A DNA stretch of 64,000 bases from Tubulanus polymorphus (Eukaryota > Animalia > Nemertea): positions 11,098,001-11,162,000 of the forward strand of contig NC_134025.1 of NCBI RefSeq assembly GCF_964204645.1, given 5' to 3'. Positions 11,341 through 25,472 of this stretch are shown here, one piece after another; positions within the stretch are counted from its first letter, which is position 1; each line of letters opens with the position of its first letter. Below the pieces are notes generated by a model. That model saw nothing but the letters and a program-made list of their open reading frames with translations, was not told the origin of the DNA and ran no database searches. A program made the position numbers and the translations under genes.

Positions 11341-12454
11341 GTTCAAATCTGGAGACGTGTAAAGTTAGGGTTTGATGCAAATGCTTAAACATGCAGTTGA
11401 TGACGTCAAGAAATGACCGATGGCATAGGCTCCACTGCTAAACATCGGCTGAAAATACGAGCAGGTGAAATGCAACGTAGAAATGCTGAAAATTGATTCG
11501 TTCGCTGTGGTAGCCTGGTTTTACAAGTCCGAGGTATAGCGCGGATATAAAAAAAAAGGAACTGAATCGCCTCTTCACCCGCGAGGAAAAGTCGATAACG
11601 ATTTGAACGCTTTATTATCACAAAAGATCGAACTGAAAACCTACACCGAGTGTGTGCCACTTGAATCGGATTGATTCAGGGTCAACGGATTCAGGAATCG
11701 ATTCAATCGTGACTTTAACCCGACCTCGACAAATCCGCAGTTGGAATATTTTTCCACGTTGCCTCGACGTCAAAATTTAATCGGGCCACCTATTTCTCCA
11801 ACCAAATCTACAGGCTAAGAAGACACGACAATTTTATTTAGCGCGTGCGAGAGAGAGAGTTAAGAAGTGCCTTTCTCCGTCGGGCGAGTTTCGGCTGATC
11901 GCGACGCCGCTGCACCTAGAGGCGACGAAAAGTGATTAAAATTAGCCACGAGAAACAATTCGAAATAATTTCGACGAACAGCCGAGTTGGACTGAGGCGA
12001 ATCGGCGGGGGTTGTATTTCCGGCGCAATCAAAAACTTGAAATTGAAAATAAATCTCGATCGAAACTGTTGTTCTAGTAGTAGCATGCAGCGGCATCAGT
12101 AGCAGCAGCAGTAACGCGTCGACTTCGATTAATGCGGCCATCATGTTCTTACGTTGGGATCGATCAATTCGTAGCATTGTTGCTCGCGTAACGTAGTAGC
12201 GCTTGTCCGTCTGTCCGACCAGCCGACATCAGTTGACGCGGTTGAATAGGTATACACTACAACTATGAAGGACGATGTACATGCTGAAATGAATTCAAGT
12301 CAAAGATGGATCCAAAACTCTTGAAAATTCTTCGAACACACTATAGAAACAGTATCGGAGAGGCGGTGGTCCCAAGTGGTTTGAGCCACTGGACAGTCGC
12401 TGGCACTGTCAATCCATGTTAGCTTCTGTTGGCATCAGAAATTCTTGGTCACTC

Positions 12455-12830
12455 ATTCTTCTTTTCCCTCCATCATGAGAAAGAGAAGCCCCCTCCCCCA
12501 ATAGTGCCTTTAGTGATTTTTTAAGCGGGTTTCATTGGTTAAAAAATTCCTTGTTACATGCTCCGTGACTTTTGAGAGGTTCAAATTGGTCTACCAAACA
12601 GACAGAACAGGATTTTTTACAAGAAAATCCTAGTTTGAGAATCAAGGCTGGAGCATACTTACTTTGAATTGTTCATTTTCCTTTCCTCATGGGAAGCCCC
12701 CTAATAGTGACATGTGTTTTGAAGTAAAAAACTCCCTGGAAGAAGTGCTCTGCTGCGATCTTTGAGAGGCTTAAAACTGGTCTACAAAACGGAATGATGG
12801 TTCGAGCTTCTAAGCTGCAGCATACTTCCT
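12455..12830 (+). repeat. Degenerate ~170-210 bp tandem duplication
   Basis: Ordered shared words occur twice: GAAGCCCCCT, AATAGTG, TTTGAGAGG, TGGTCTAC, AGCATACTT. Confidence 0.65.
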
Positions 12831-13355
12831 AACAGAGCTCAGGGGGGTATAGATAGATAGTAAGGGGGTAACATATCTAACTGGAAGGCAGCCATTGTCA
12901 TTGCAATCATTTCATACGAATGCCGTCTTTGTGTGTGTGTTCTAATTACTTGTCGGGAGAATGATTTCATAAAAATTGAATTATTTAATGACGTATTTGA
13001 ATGAGCCCGTAACTAGAGAATTAGCATGCATTTTTCCTCCAGTAATGAATAAATCGCGGTGAAATTTGTCGACGACAACATTCAATTATTGGACCAGCGT
13101 CTTCTTCAGCGTGAAGAAAAAATATGAAAAAAATGTACCACGATCAAATTCGAATGTTCTTTGATGAGAAACACCGTTTCTAGCATGGGATATCAAGACA
13201 GATAAAGTAACATTCCGAAAGCTTCACTCAATGATATTACGTGCCACTCATAAAACCTGTTAACAGGGGATTCAAACCTTTAGCCAAGATAGTGAGTGAG
13301 ACCAGTAGGACTACATAACAAATTGCTAGATCAGCACCTCTAAAAGCGGGTACTT

Positions 13356-13408
13356 GGGTCTTGTTATGTAGAAGAACCCACCCTCGGGTCTTGTTATGTA
13401 GAAGAACC
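13356..13408 (+). repeat. 23-bp direct repeat at 30-bp spacing
   Basis: GGGTCTTGTTATGTAGAAGAACC at 13356 and 13386. Confidence 0.9.
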
Positions 13409-16400
13409 TTAGCATAATACTAAGTATACCACAGAAATGCAGAATGCAGCATTAACATGTAAGTCCAGTCCTGGTTTTTGTCACATAAGCTGTATGAATA
13501 TGGCAAGCTTACCAAACAACCAAAGGCAGGTGAGTATGTGCTGAAAAACAAACCTTTCATTTTTCATGCTGGCTTGACTTGTGGATCGGGCATTGACCTA
13601 GCTAAAACTATAGGCTTGAATGCGCATCTCGGGCTTTACATAGGTTCATACACATTTCAATGAGATGAAAAAAAAGTTAATCCGGCGTCGAAAACTGAAC
13701 ACCATAAATACGACAATTCCGAAATGCGTTTACTATACGGGATTAACTTCTGCCCATAAATTATGATCTCTCGTACAATATGACCAATGAATATTGATGA
13801 CATTTCCACCGAAAATACAACTCTTCGAATTTAAGTCGGAATATATGAATTTCATATATATATATTCAAAACATATGTCGCGGCACAAGTTGCCGGACAC
13901 TTTTTTCGGGCTTCCAGCTAAACATATTAATACGAATGCGCATTTCGCATGCACATAATACAAAGGCTAGCTCGCTATTAACCCACAAGTAATCCATACT
14001 CTTAGTATAAATGACATGGTGTTAGCCAGGGACAGCTGTTGCAAATGCTAATTCCCGATGGCTCCCTGTAATACCTGTGGTACGGTTTTCATAAAAATCG
14101 CCTTTGTTTTGTTACTGGCAATAATGATGATTCGCGGGTTGATGCCCGCTCATAGTCACCAGCCCGAAACAATGGAACTGTCGTGGCGTTCACCCCGCCC
14201 TAAAACCGGCGCGCAGCTTGGCTATACTAAAACCCCATTCAAATGCTCGTTTAACGACGACGACGCCCGGTTTTATACGATAATGAGACGATTTGGCTTG
14301 AATGAGATTATTTGAACACCAAAGAACAGCTATGGTTTTTTAATTTAACTCCAGCATTGATCACACGAACAACACATGTGCAGCAAGGTCAATCAACTTT
14401 TAATATATATTCAGAACAAAGATTTCAAACCTCAAGTTTTTCAAACTTCTCAGTCTCAAAGCTTAAAGCTTGTTTCAGTTTAGGGTCTCATTATGTTGTT
14501 TAGACGGAGTCTTGATATGTTGAGGTCATGGAAAGTTATACCTATATCGAACTTAGGAACCCGGAGCTTATCTATTTCATTCTATCCAATTCCTATCATA
14601 GACTTTCAGAGTCTACTGAAAGACTTGTAATTCATCGAGGTGGAATACGAACCAGGATACAGCTTCACATTTGGGGTTAAATCGAATTCAAACTGACAAA
14701 TCTAGTCTAGTCTAGCTACCTCTTTCATCTTATATAGACTAGCAAGATACTTCCCAGAACCAAGATGACACCGGAAAATAAAGTTTCGATGGACTTTCAC
14801 GCGATCAATCTTAAGACTTCAGAATTTGACTGACCCCTGTCCATATGTTTCGTCCATCGCGTCTCCCGGCGGGGTTCCCGACTTGACGCGAAATTGTCAA
14901 CAACACTGGCAGGCGTGTAATCGATGAGACGTGGTTCGTTCGGTCCCCTCGCGAACCCGCGGCCGCGCTCATCCATCATCGTGACACGCTTTCGATACAT
15001 ATGACTAGACAGCAAGACAGCGACGACTGACAAACCCCGGCGACCGAAGACCGAAATTAAAAATGCAAAAATCTCGAGATGTGCATTAGCTATAATTACC
15101 TCGGCTTAAAATGCAGAATCTAAAAGACTGGTCAACATTATCTTACTCGAGAATGTACTCAAAATGCACAATTCTAGAACGGTCAACATTAATTTACACA
15201 AGTTTGTAGTTGAATGGCTAAGTCTACAATGATCAAACACTTTGATATTGGTATTGATAGGATTGCTTTTTAAAAAAACATCCTTCATCACTGTAGCATT
15301 GCAGATGGGATCACGCGGAGGGGCCGGGGCAGAATGAATGCTAATAGACAATAATTCGATAAAATCAAATGTTTTTAACATGTTGAACATAAACTCTAAA
15401 CCCAGTTCGAACTGTATACAAGACCAGGGTATGTGACAAACCACCACCACACAATCAAAAACGCTATAACCAGTGATGGTCTCGATCCTTCATAACATCT
15501 CTCGCACTGCCCTGGTATAAGAGATGGGGGATTTCTTCACTTTTCTAGTATCAAAAGCCCCTTTCTACTAATACGAATCACTTGCACCTCTCCTACCAGC
15601 GGCGATTCACAATTTTGAAATACCTTCATTACAAATACTTGTGGTTATCATCTAATTTGAATATGCAGTACCCCCATCATAACATGAGCAGCAGTGGCTT
15701 TTTTGTGACTAATTCTCAGTTTTAAAAATGCCTGTCCCATCTGTTTGGCCGAATATATACACACACGCACGCACACACACATACAAGGCACCATAGAATA
15801 ATTTTTGCCATGTATTATTCATAAATAGTCGTTGTTCCCATTCATTTTATGTCCACAACGAATGAAATCAAATTCGTTATCAATATGTTACATGTACGCG
15901 GACTGTCATAATGAAATTATGCATACTGGTTTTTACACGCATAAAATACATATCAACGCCAGGCCTTGTCGTATGCAGAAATCAGCCTTTCCTGTATGTC
16001 GAGAGTCGAAAACAGGCCCGGCGAGATGGACAGCGGAAAGTCTGGTTATGAGCAATCGTGTTGAAATAAACAAATTCAACCCGGGAGAAATATAAAGATT
16101 TCTCGCATTTGAACCGTGCAACAGTTATATATCCGGTTAATATAAGGTATCCTATGCGTTGTTGTTATTGTACACTACGGCCATATGTCGGCGTGGAAAA
16201 TACCCCACTTTCGACGTCCTCATGTCCAACGAGTGTCAGGGCTCAAATAATGCACTCGGTATACACACGTGTGTATCGAATGAACTGCTCTCGATAATTA
16301 GACTGCTAGTCACTTCTGAAGTGACCTACACCCTCAAAACATGCGGTATAGATTTGAGTTTAACTATCTAGACTTCATAAATAATATCCAGAGGTCTATT

Positions 16401-16501
16401 TGACGAAAAAAATCATCCATCGCCACTGCGTCAGCTTTCATATCATGGAACGTGAACGCTTGGTGGTATGCTATAGGTCTAAAATCTTAACTAAATTGAC
16501 A

Positions 16502-16667
16502 TACAGAAGGTTCAGCTCAAGTCGTATCCCATGAACTCGACAAGCAATTTACTGATTGTTGAAAGATTTTCTTGATAATCTAGGCCTATATGAAACATAT
16601 GACATCTAATTCAGATATCACTCAAGTTGGACAAATTTTCACAGTCCCAGAATTGAGCAGACTCTAC
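16502..16667 (+). mobile_element. pogo/Tigger-like (Tc1-mariner) MITE, degenerate copy
   Basis: Collinear with 32724-32893 (TTGTTGAAA, GATATCACTCAAGT, TTGAGC..CTAC); TACAG left end. Confidence 0.65.
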
Positions 16668-17133
16668 AACATAAGCTAACGCAAAATCTGAGGTCAAAAT
16701 TAATAATTGTTGCAGCGGAATATTGCATCGAACAATGGACTCAGTTATTCAATGTATCACACCTTGGCAGCCATGACATACGGAAGAAAGCATTTCTTTC
16801 TCCCGCAGAAAAATGGCATTACCGACAGTGAAGAGGGTGTGTTGTTCTAACCATAGATCAAATACCAGTTCAACCTATTCTCGGCCGCAGCAGACATTTT
16901 TTTGCGGAGGCTACGGTTTTAGACGAAACAGCTGCAGTTGATCAGGAGATCACTGGCCGAAACAGTAACAACGCGCGCATGCTCTCCTTTCTTCGAGGTT
17001 GAAAATTGGCTGCAGGAATGGCTAGCATGCAGCAGCGCTATCTCCAGGTCAGCTAGAATGCGAGAAAAATTATCAGGTTATATTTAGCTTATCAACATAC
17101 TGGCTATGTAGGCGGTGTGAAGAGCGAAAACAT

Positions 17134-17136
17134 TAT

Positions 17137-17212
<76 letters not shown>
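17134..17212. repeat. (TA)n microsatellite
   Basis: Seen directly, with one interruption. Confidence 0.97.
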
Positions 17213-17214
<2 letters not shown>

Positions 17215-18830
17215 AGCTCAAGGTTTACAGGGTTTCCAGGTCAAGTTACCAGAGGCAATATTCAGGATATTCAGGACATGTTTTTAGTAACCACACTGCA
17301 CTTCAATCCTTCAACCCATTAAAACACATGTATATACAAACGTGCCGCGGTGGTGTGCCCAGTTCTCAGCAGATAAAACTTGGCACAGTTTCAACCTTCT
17401 TTCACGCTGGCATCACACGCGGCGTGGTGGTTCCGTCCTCAACGCCATTCCTAACCAGGCAGTGACCTTAAAAACCATCTCACTCGACAAAGAACATATT
17501 CACATGCGCAGACATGGCAGTTTAAACGAGGCCAAAAGTTATTGTGTCAATTAGGCGATTATAGCTATAGCCAGTAGGTTAAACGCTTTTTCTCTGACCA
17601 AAGTCACGAGGAATCAGGCTATTAGAGCATAATCTAATTACCACAATTAACGGAGCTACGAGAGTAAAAAAAAACCGTCGATTCCTGACAGGAATACGAG
17701 AAAACAGCCCGACCTGGACACGTATATTTTGTTTGACTTTCACTCGATACCCATACGCGGTGTAGACATCGAGTCTGGCCGGCGATCTAATAATTGAGCC
17801 ATATTTTTGATCTATGCCATCCGGAAACGAACGACGACGTCCGATGAATGGCAAAGTATTACGAGCTCATGTGGTCAATAAGTCCGGAGACTGCCGCCGC
17901 CGCCGCCGGGATTGATTCGTCTTGAACTTTGTCCACGACGACGACGAATTTACGGTTACGAAGATCGCACATCAACGTTGACAGTTCATCAGCCCCGGTG
18001 GCGATCTCCCGCGTCGCCGATGTCCACTTTATAGTCATGTCCATGATGAGCGGCATTAACTTCCGCGTCTCCATTCATGCTCATCGGTTTGACACTTGGC
18101 TTCGCAATCTGTCACGCCGGCCATGATGTGTGGTTTCACGGTGAGAGGTCACTAGCGCCGGCGAAATTGACTCCACGCAAGAGATCGAGCGAGGAGTCGC
18201 CGCTGCGTGCGCGCTCGCTCGCCGACTGGACACGGTTACAAATTGACTCCGTAATTGTCAGTGCCACATAGTGAAAAGATCGTTGCCGTGATTGCCGGTA
18301 TTAGCCACACACGCGGACAGCTGGGTAGTGGACAGTTACGACCGGTGATCGATCAAACGACCAATCAAAGCTTATTGACAGTAAACACATCGCGTAACGA
18401 CTTAATGGCCGTGCGGATTTACGCCGAGACTACGGATTCCGTGTAACGTAATGGCCGATGTAGTACAGATACTTCGCCGGACAAACAACGGCGAAAATGG
18501 ATGTCCACCTACACTATCTAATTCTCATTTATCTTGCGCCGCGGAGACAAAGTGGTCTACGAACACGACAAACAGCGGCGCGCTTTTTTTTATCAGCTCG
18601 CACAACGAATGGCTAGAGGACAACACAGGACTGAAATATTTTCTCGTAAAAGTAGTAAGCGCGAGTAGATATTGACACCGATGTCAGGAATTGGGAGGTT
18701 CTACGAAGGAAATGATAGCCCTAGTTTTTGTAATCATGAACATCACCTGAAATCAGATTTATAATGTTTGATTTTTCAATAATATTTCATCAATACCCGA
18801 TACATTTCTATTCACAGCGTTTTAACTAAG

Positions 18831-19200
18831 AACAAGCCATAGGCGACAACGGTTCTCGGGCTCAGACTCAAACTCTGAAATTACTATGCTTTAGTTGCCA
18901 TTGCATTTTTGATATGTTGTATCTAGGGCCAGTAGCTAAATTTTGACAAGAATTTTTGAAATTCTGACTCCGTTTTTCAATCATCTTTAAGGTCATGTCA
19001 CAGAGTTTTCAGTGCCAGTTCTGCAGCTAGGTGGTGCACGGTCCTATTCTATGCACTGCACAGCTAGACCCCCCATACTAACGTTGTACCAAGTTACCCA
19101 AGATCGACCCACAATTAACGAAGCCGCCTAAATTGCTGTAAGACAGACACGCAGACAGATAATGAGAATACGGGTCTCATGGAAACCCGAGAACCAAAAA
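18831..19200 (+). mobile_element. HINE/DINE-1-like non-autonomous Helentron-type element, copy 2
   Basis: AACAAG start; subterminal inverted repeats GGTTCTCGGG (18851-18860) and CCCGAGAACC (19186-19195); 3' stem-loop CGGGT..ACCCG; (GACA)n-like tract; A-rich 3' flank. Confidence 0.8.
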
Positions 19201-20124
19201 TTTTTCTAGAAGAACTCTAATCTATTGGGAAGTTTTTTCTTTAAAAACGAGGCATAACGGTCCTGAGCAAATCAATTGGGTATTGTAAATGTCTGAAAAT
19301 CATAGCGGACTTCTAAGAAAGGCGCGAGGGAACTTATCGTTACCCCACTCCTTTTAATGAAAACATTCCGATATATTCCTCGAATGGGCCCGGGCATAAC
19401 TCACTGCTAAGGCGTGGGAGCCGTTCGAGAATTCGTCGCTGGGTTTTAATGGTTCATTCACTGACATTGTTCGGCCACGAACGTTTTTTTTCAAAGCATG
19501 TATTGGTATGATGTGAAGTGTCGCAATAAGCGTTATTGTGCGCCTGAGTCAGTAGATATTGTCCAATCACTGGCCGCAATATTGAGTGTATCGGAACCAA
19601 TTTAATCGAGGCAACAAAGTCAGGTTGCAACGAGTGCCTGGCGAAAATAGTTCAAGTACGCCTTGATTGGCTAACTTCAAAAACGAAAGCGACTATTTGG
19701 CCAGGCCACTAACTAACCTATTCAAATATTGCTCAAGTTGGTGAAATATATTACGTACGGTGCCATAGGTTGAGAAGCCCTCGGCTGAATACTCCAGCCC
19801 GGAATTCTCACACCGAGATGGCACTATTATTGACCACTCGAGGGTGAAGAGGGACGTTGTTTAATTTGGAACAAGTTCCAAACAGGACACTTGAGAGGAT
19901 ATACGAGAGACCAATTGTCATGAAGTAGTGAGGTAACCGACAACGGAAAATCGTCAGTGACCCAAAAATAGATTATGAATTGCGCATCTTTGAATTCCCG
20001 CAGATACTATTGCATAACTGGAGATCCGAAACTGATGGCATAGGCCTATATATACATGTTTTATTCTATGCATCTAAATACTGACTTTGAATCCAATAGA
20101 AAAACAAGAAAACTTACTTGAAAG

Positions 20125-20385
20125 GTGATTGACGCCATAAAAAATAACACATCTATTCCTTAAGATTGTCAACAATAAACAAAGTATGAATAATAGAAAA
20201 TTATGGATCAATTAAGTTATTGTTGATTTAAATATCGATAATTGAATTGAATTGACCGGCAACCAGTGTAGCCCCAATATATCGATGACGTAGTGCACGT
20301 CCTCTCGAAAATAATTATCAAAATTTATCAAAAATAAGAGTTACGAAATAATTTATTCAATTACAAAATAAATGTCACAATCGTA
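20125..20385 (+). repeat. Interspersed repeat, copy 1 (inverted relative to 38145-38425)
   Basis: The core ATCGATAATTGAATTGAATTGACC..AGCCCC..ATATATCGATGACGTAGTGCACGTCCTCTCGA..ATAATTATCAAAATTTAT is the reverse complement of ~38208-38304. Confidence 0.85.
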
Positions 20386-20604
20386 ATTCTTTTTTCAAGA
20401 TGCAATTTTCAATGACAAAGTGGACATCGACTCTAATATACATACTAGGTATAAATGTATATAAACAGTATTTATGTTTTTTACAAAAAGCAAATCATAT
20501 ATCACGTCTGAAATCCCCCGGCGGTTCAAATCCATATTCGGTGGGAATCGAGGATTCTTCTCGTGTGACAAGTGAGGATTCGCCGGGTTGGCTAGCTTTA
20601 CGAA

Positions 20605-20625
20605 GACGACGACGACGACGACGAC
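20605..20625 (+). repeat. (GAC)7 microsatellite
   Basis: Seen directly. Confidence 0.9.
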
Positions 20626-21747
20626 AAGGGACGAGCATAAATCAAGATCGATAAGACGTTATGAACACCTGACGGTCATTGATGAACACGACATTATCCG
20701 TCCTTGCCCGGGCAAAATGCGCGCACGTCGTCGCAGCTGGCATGACCACTGGTGCATTTTCATGAGAAGACGAGCCATTAAAACGCAATCTCCTATGCGT
20801 TTAACGACCGCGTACTGCTGCACGTGTACATACATTAATTATATTACGCAGTTCGTTCTTGCCTAACGTTGAAATACAACGTTGCAAAATCTTTCGATAC
20901 GCTCGGTTAGTTTCGTATCTTCGACCACGCAGCGGGAAGGATCCGACTGCATTTGACCAGGGCGAACTTCGGTTATCCCAGTTGTCGACTAATGTCGAAC
21001 CATGTGAAACCGATCAGTAAGTCAGGGAATTTAGTCCGGAAATAGTTGCTGTAGTCGGGACCTATTTCCAAGATGGCCGACATTGTGAAACGCGTTATGA
21101 CCCAACTAAGTGCAGTCATTAGTCCTGACCACCAGCCGACTAGCTAAGAAAAGTGAAGTTCGTCCAAGCAGCTCTCCCACTTCCCTGATCTATCGGTTAC
21201 CTTTGGCTGCCAACCTACTCGAGTAGCGAGTACTATGGAATGATTACAGAAATGTTTCAAATACGAAATGGTGACATTAATCACCAATCAAGGATAGGAC
21301 TTTCTTATTTCCATATATGTATCTACCAACACATCAAATCAGCATTTCACAGGGACACATTTAGGGATAATGGTTCCCTGCTCGTCGGTTCAGCGGTCGG
21401 CGGTCTCACACTGTTCTTATTTTTCGTACTCAATCTATGTTTCTCTCTTTTAATAAGTGTCGTTATCGTCGATGTCCACAAAACAATTATCAACAGTGAA
21501 CAGCCTTATGGACGAGTGGCTGCTGCAAGTAGTCGGGGAAGTCAGCGCGCTGTGCACTGGGTGACCTTACGCTAATGGATCCTCGTGTCGCGATGAGTAG
21601 GCGAAAGTATACCTATTTCAGACGGGCCAAGTGCTATCAGTAACTGGAACAAGAGCCGATGACAAACAAGCACTGCTCCGTTGGTGGACAAGGCAGAACT
21701 AGTGGAACTATAAACGCAGCTATAAGACACCAATTCATAAATGCGCT

Positions 21748-21973
21748 ACTTAGTTCTATAGCCAGTCTAACCTGAGGACCAGTCTTAAGATTTAAGACTC
21801 CTTTTGGTCTGAGTTTTACCTGACTTTTCCATGTTCTAACACAAATTCCCGAATAAATCCAAGGAATTTCCTGGTTTTCCAGGATTTTGGTTAGATTCAT
21901 CAAATTCCCTGATTTTTTCTGGATTTTTCTGTTTCCTGGGTTTTGCAGGTTTCTCAGGTCAGTGGCAACCCTG
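21748..21973. mobile_element. Composite: Harbinger-like MITE fragment abutting a hAT-like fragment
   Basis: 21748-21815 matches the interior of 44861-44998 (CTTAGTTCT..AGCCA.TCTAA, GACCAGTCTTAAGAT.TAAGAC). 21820-21973 has TTCCCTGA-like repeats and ends in AGTGGCAACCCTG. Confidence 0.65.
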
Positions 21974-24071
21974 TCATAGAAGTCCTATTCATTTCAAATT
22001 TGGATGCGGGGATAATTCTTTACATCCACTGAAGAATCTGCAGCCAGGGAATTCTCAGCCTGGTTAAAAGTATTCTATTGAGTACGCATATCGAGTAACT
22101 ATTTTCAAATACAATAAAGACACTTGAGAGCATTGGAGTAGTTTTCTGTACATATTGTAGTGTTTCATAGTGCTTTTTATACATAGCGAACCATATTCCT
22201 TTTGGTAAAAATTGAGACATTACAAGGCCCCAATAAGTACAACGGATTTTCAAGTCGTAAGTCAAAATGATTATGGACGGTGGACAGCGCCACCAGGTAA
22301 AAGAAAACTAGCCCTGATAATTGTTATATTCGATTTTCATTTTTATCACTTGCTATCATCTTGAAAACTACCGCTCAGAAATCAAGAAGCAAATCCGGAT
22401 CGACGAGCATATGTAGCGACTTAATTTTCACCAAGATCTAAATAGAGCATCTACATTGCAACACATATAAACATCTTCACGTGACGTCACAGTGTGTCAT
22501 AAGGCGCGTTCATGATATCGCTAGACTGTTCCAAATGGGTCCGTACCTGGGACGTGGTAAATTTGGAACGGGCCTAAATTCAAACCATTCTCAATAACGT
22601 AGTGCGAACCTATGAAATGAACCTATCTGAATTAAAAAGTCGCCGTTGACTGCCAATTTGATGGAAAATTCAACAAACAATAGAATAGAGAGCTAGGCGA
22701 ATAAGGTCTATCCTGCACGAAATCAGGACTGACTTTTACGCTATGGCTAGAGCATATTACAACAGCGAATAGAGTGTCAACGCGAAAACATCTGAAGCAC
22801 GCACAGCCTTTCACCTGTTTTTGACAGACGAAATGCGGATCAATTGGTTCTAACCGCCAGTGACAACTATCAAATACATATTCGAGGAAGATGAGCAGGT
22901 CAAGCTGGCACGTACGCCTATACCGCTGACTATTCATCACCTGTTATGGGTAGAAAAGCACCTGCAGTACATAAGTTTCTCTACTGTGCAGTTGTAGAGA
23001 GACCACTCGATGATGACTGGAAAATCATCGCGCGAAAAAAATATGTCAAACCATTAACTATAAAGAGAATAGAAAAATCCATAATCTGCCTATAATTCGA
23101 TATCAGTAATTGAGAGTTCGAAGATTACCACTGCGCGACTATCAAAGTGACAAACATGATTGTTCTCATATGTTGCATCCAAATTTGAGTTCATTTAGTA
23201 TCGATGGTACTATCCTACCGGGTAACACCTTCCGCATTTCCGCACGCTTCGAAATAACTCTAAACGGTATTATTTCTCAGGGCAAAAATCGGCAACAATT
23301 ACTTTCGAATCAGCAATACTCGGTAGCTTGGCTAACAGTTCAGACTTGGAAAGTAGAGAATTCTCAGGTGAAGGTGGAAATAGTGGAAATAGGAGTTAAG
23401 TTCAACTAGATATATTTCGTACTTCGATTTCCGATCAGAAAATCAGGCCCCCTGTTTCGTTCCCGGCTGTAGGTGTGGTGGGTTTGTAAGGGATACTGAA
23501 TCAATTGCAAAAAGGGATCAAACTAAATTTACCAATTACAGATCAAATAGGCAAAACATTAAGTTCAAAGTGTTTCTCGTTATAGACCCTATCGTAAAAG
23601 TAGGCTGCCTTCTGAATATTTGTATCAATTCACCCGTACTTTTGAGTTGGATATTTTCCCACACGTATCCTGGAACGCTAAATCCTATAGATCCAATCAC
23701 CCAATAGACAATATTGGATGATTTACGAGGCGGCCATCTTTTACCGACGGGCCACAAGAATGAAATGGCGTAAGAATCAATACGAAAAAAGATATATATA
23801 TATATAACCTAAAATCAGACATGGCATTCATCTACTGTTTCTGTATTGTAGAGATGATGCCCATCATAAGCCGGATATATGTACAACATATCGTAAGGAT
23901 CCCCGGTTACTATAGCAATTATTGACCACAAAGCCATCTGAAAACGTCGTCACCAGCGGCTGCCAGAGAAATCCCGCTGCGACGAACAACTGATCAACCC
24001 GATATATTTTTTACACCATCAATTCTTAGGCGACCTCATTATGTACCATATGCGCCAGTGCATTTATATAT

Positions 24072-24074
<3 letters not shown>

Positions 24075-24121
<47 letters not shown>
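24075..24121. repeat. (TA)n microsatellite
   Basis: Seen directly. Confidence 0.97.
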
Positions 24122-24124
<3 letters not shown>

Positions 24125-25326
24125 TTTATATATGGTCAGGCATTGTAAATGACGAACTTCTGCTACACGAAACATTCAGAGATCTTGGAAGGATATTTCA
24201 TCGCGAGGGTTTTTTTTTATTGTTTACTTATGACACAGGTGGCCACTGCCGCGCGCTCAGCACACACGGACCTCAAGAAAATCGATGCCCGTGAATACAC
24301 CGCAGCATTGTGTACGGCGGCAATTTTTTAAACTCGCGCCGGACAAAAGCGCTGACGGTTCAACAGCTGCGCCGATATCGAAAATACATTGGTCAGAACA
24401 ATGTGGACTATGGATTTATTCGACGCAGCCTGTTGCCACGTGGCCGTAATAATAATTCCGCAGGAAATTATCGATTCCGCGCGTTCTTCTGACAATCAGA
24501 TAATATGTGACGTCGGACTCGGGTATATTGGTTATTGCGCCGAGTGAGCGCGCGCGCATATCTTTAATTCTGTTCGATGATGATTTTTTTTATTGTTTCA
24601 TAACGGCGTGTTATTTGATTAAAAGTTTTTCTTCGCGCAAACGTGCGCGACCCAGCGTGTGCGCCAGCTTGCACCCAGTTACAATGACTGGGTACCATGT
24701 GGTCAGATTATCGATGATTTTAATAAATTGCGAATTTGTTTTCGCGCAAGAAATATCCAACTGATTTTAATGAGCGTATCCGATATTAAACTAGTAGACT
24801 TGAGACCCCAATGATTACTCACAGTTGTAAATAGGATATATAATGATAACATATATTAATTAGATGAACTACAGTATAACGGCGTGGAATAGTGACCGCG
24901 AAAACCGATCCGGCAAAAACGATGAAATTAAATCATCGCAAGCCCGTTGTACTCTCAAAAGGCTTTCATAACTCGATGAACGTTTTTATTTCGAAAGAAA
25001 AATTGCCATCGCGCGATGACCTCTCGCCGGCTCCGCGCGACGCAATTTACGAGAGAGAAACCTCGCCTCATTTTTCGAGCCCCTCTCCACAGATTTTCAG
25101 CGGTGATAGATCGTCTACTATTTCAATCGTTTGAATACGAAGCTCGGAATGCCCACTCGAGACGATATTATCTGTATGGAATTTCGCGCGATGTCCATCG
25201 GTCTCTCTCTCGCTCGTAACAGTTATGTCGGTGATTTGATTAATATTTCATTATAATATCATGTGGCTGTGTGTCGAGAGCGTTCGTTCGTTGCATCGAC
25301 TGACTTGCAGTCATTAGCTGCAATCC

Positions 25327-25472
25327 CATGAGCGTTTTTGGCCCGGAACAACTGTTCACACGGGTGCCAAGTGGGCCTGAGCCCTTAGGAGGCCTGTATG
25401 GCGCAGGCAAAATTTGGCCCAACCAAAAACCTCGGACTAGACCCGAGCCCGGGACAAATGATTACGTTTGAA
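25327..25472. mobile_element. GCCAAATTT-family repeat, copy 3
   Basis: Matches 8813-8912 and 7140-7295. Confidence 0.65.

Noticed and set aside
12361-12450. tRNA-like A-box (GGTGGTCCCAAGTGGTT); also TGGCCGAGCGGTT at ~53905
   Set aside because: No convincing B-box or cloverleaf follows; at most decayed SINE heads.
13490-13535. Plus-strand donor GCAG|GTGAGT after a short open frame; similar micro-exon candidate at 54321-54353
   Set aside because: Weak acceptors and no recognisable peptide; such matches are expected by chance in 64 kb.
17859-18126. Overlapping 65-71 aa ORFs in a GC-rich block
   Set aside because: No family resemblance and no clear splice signals; GC richness explains the open frames.
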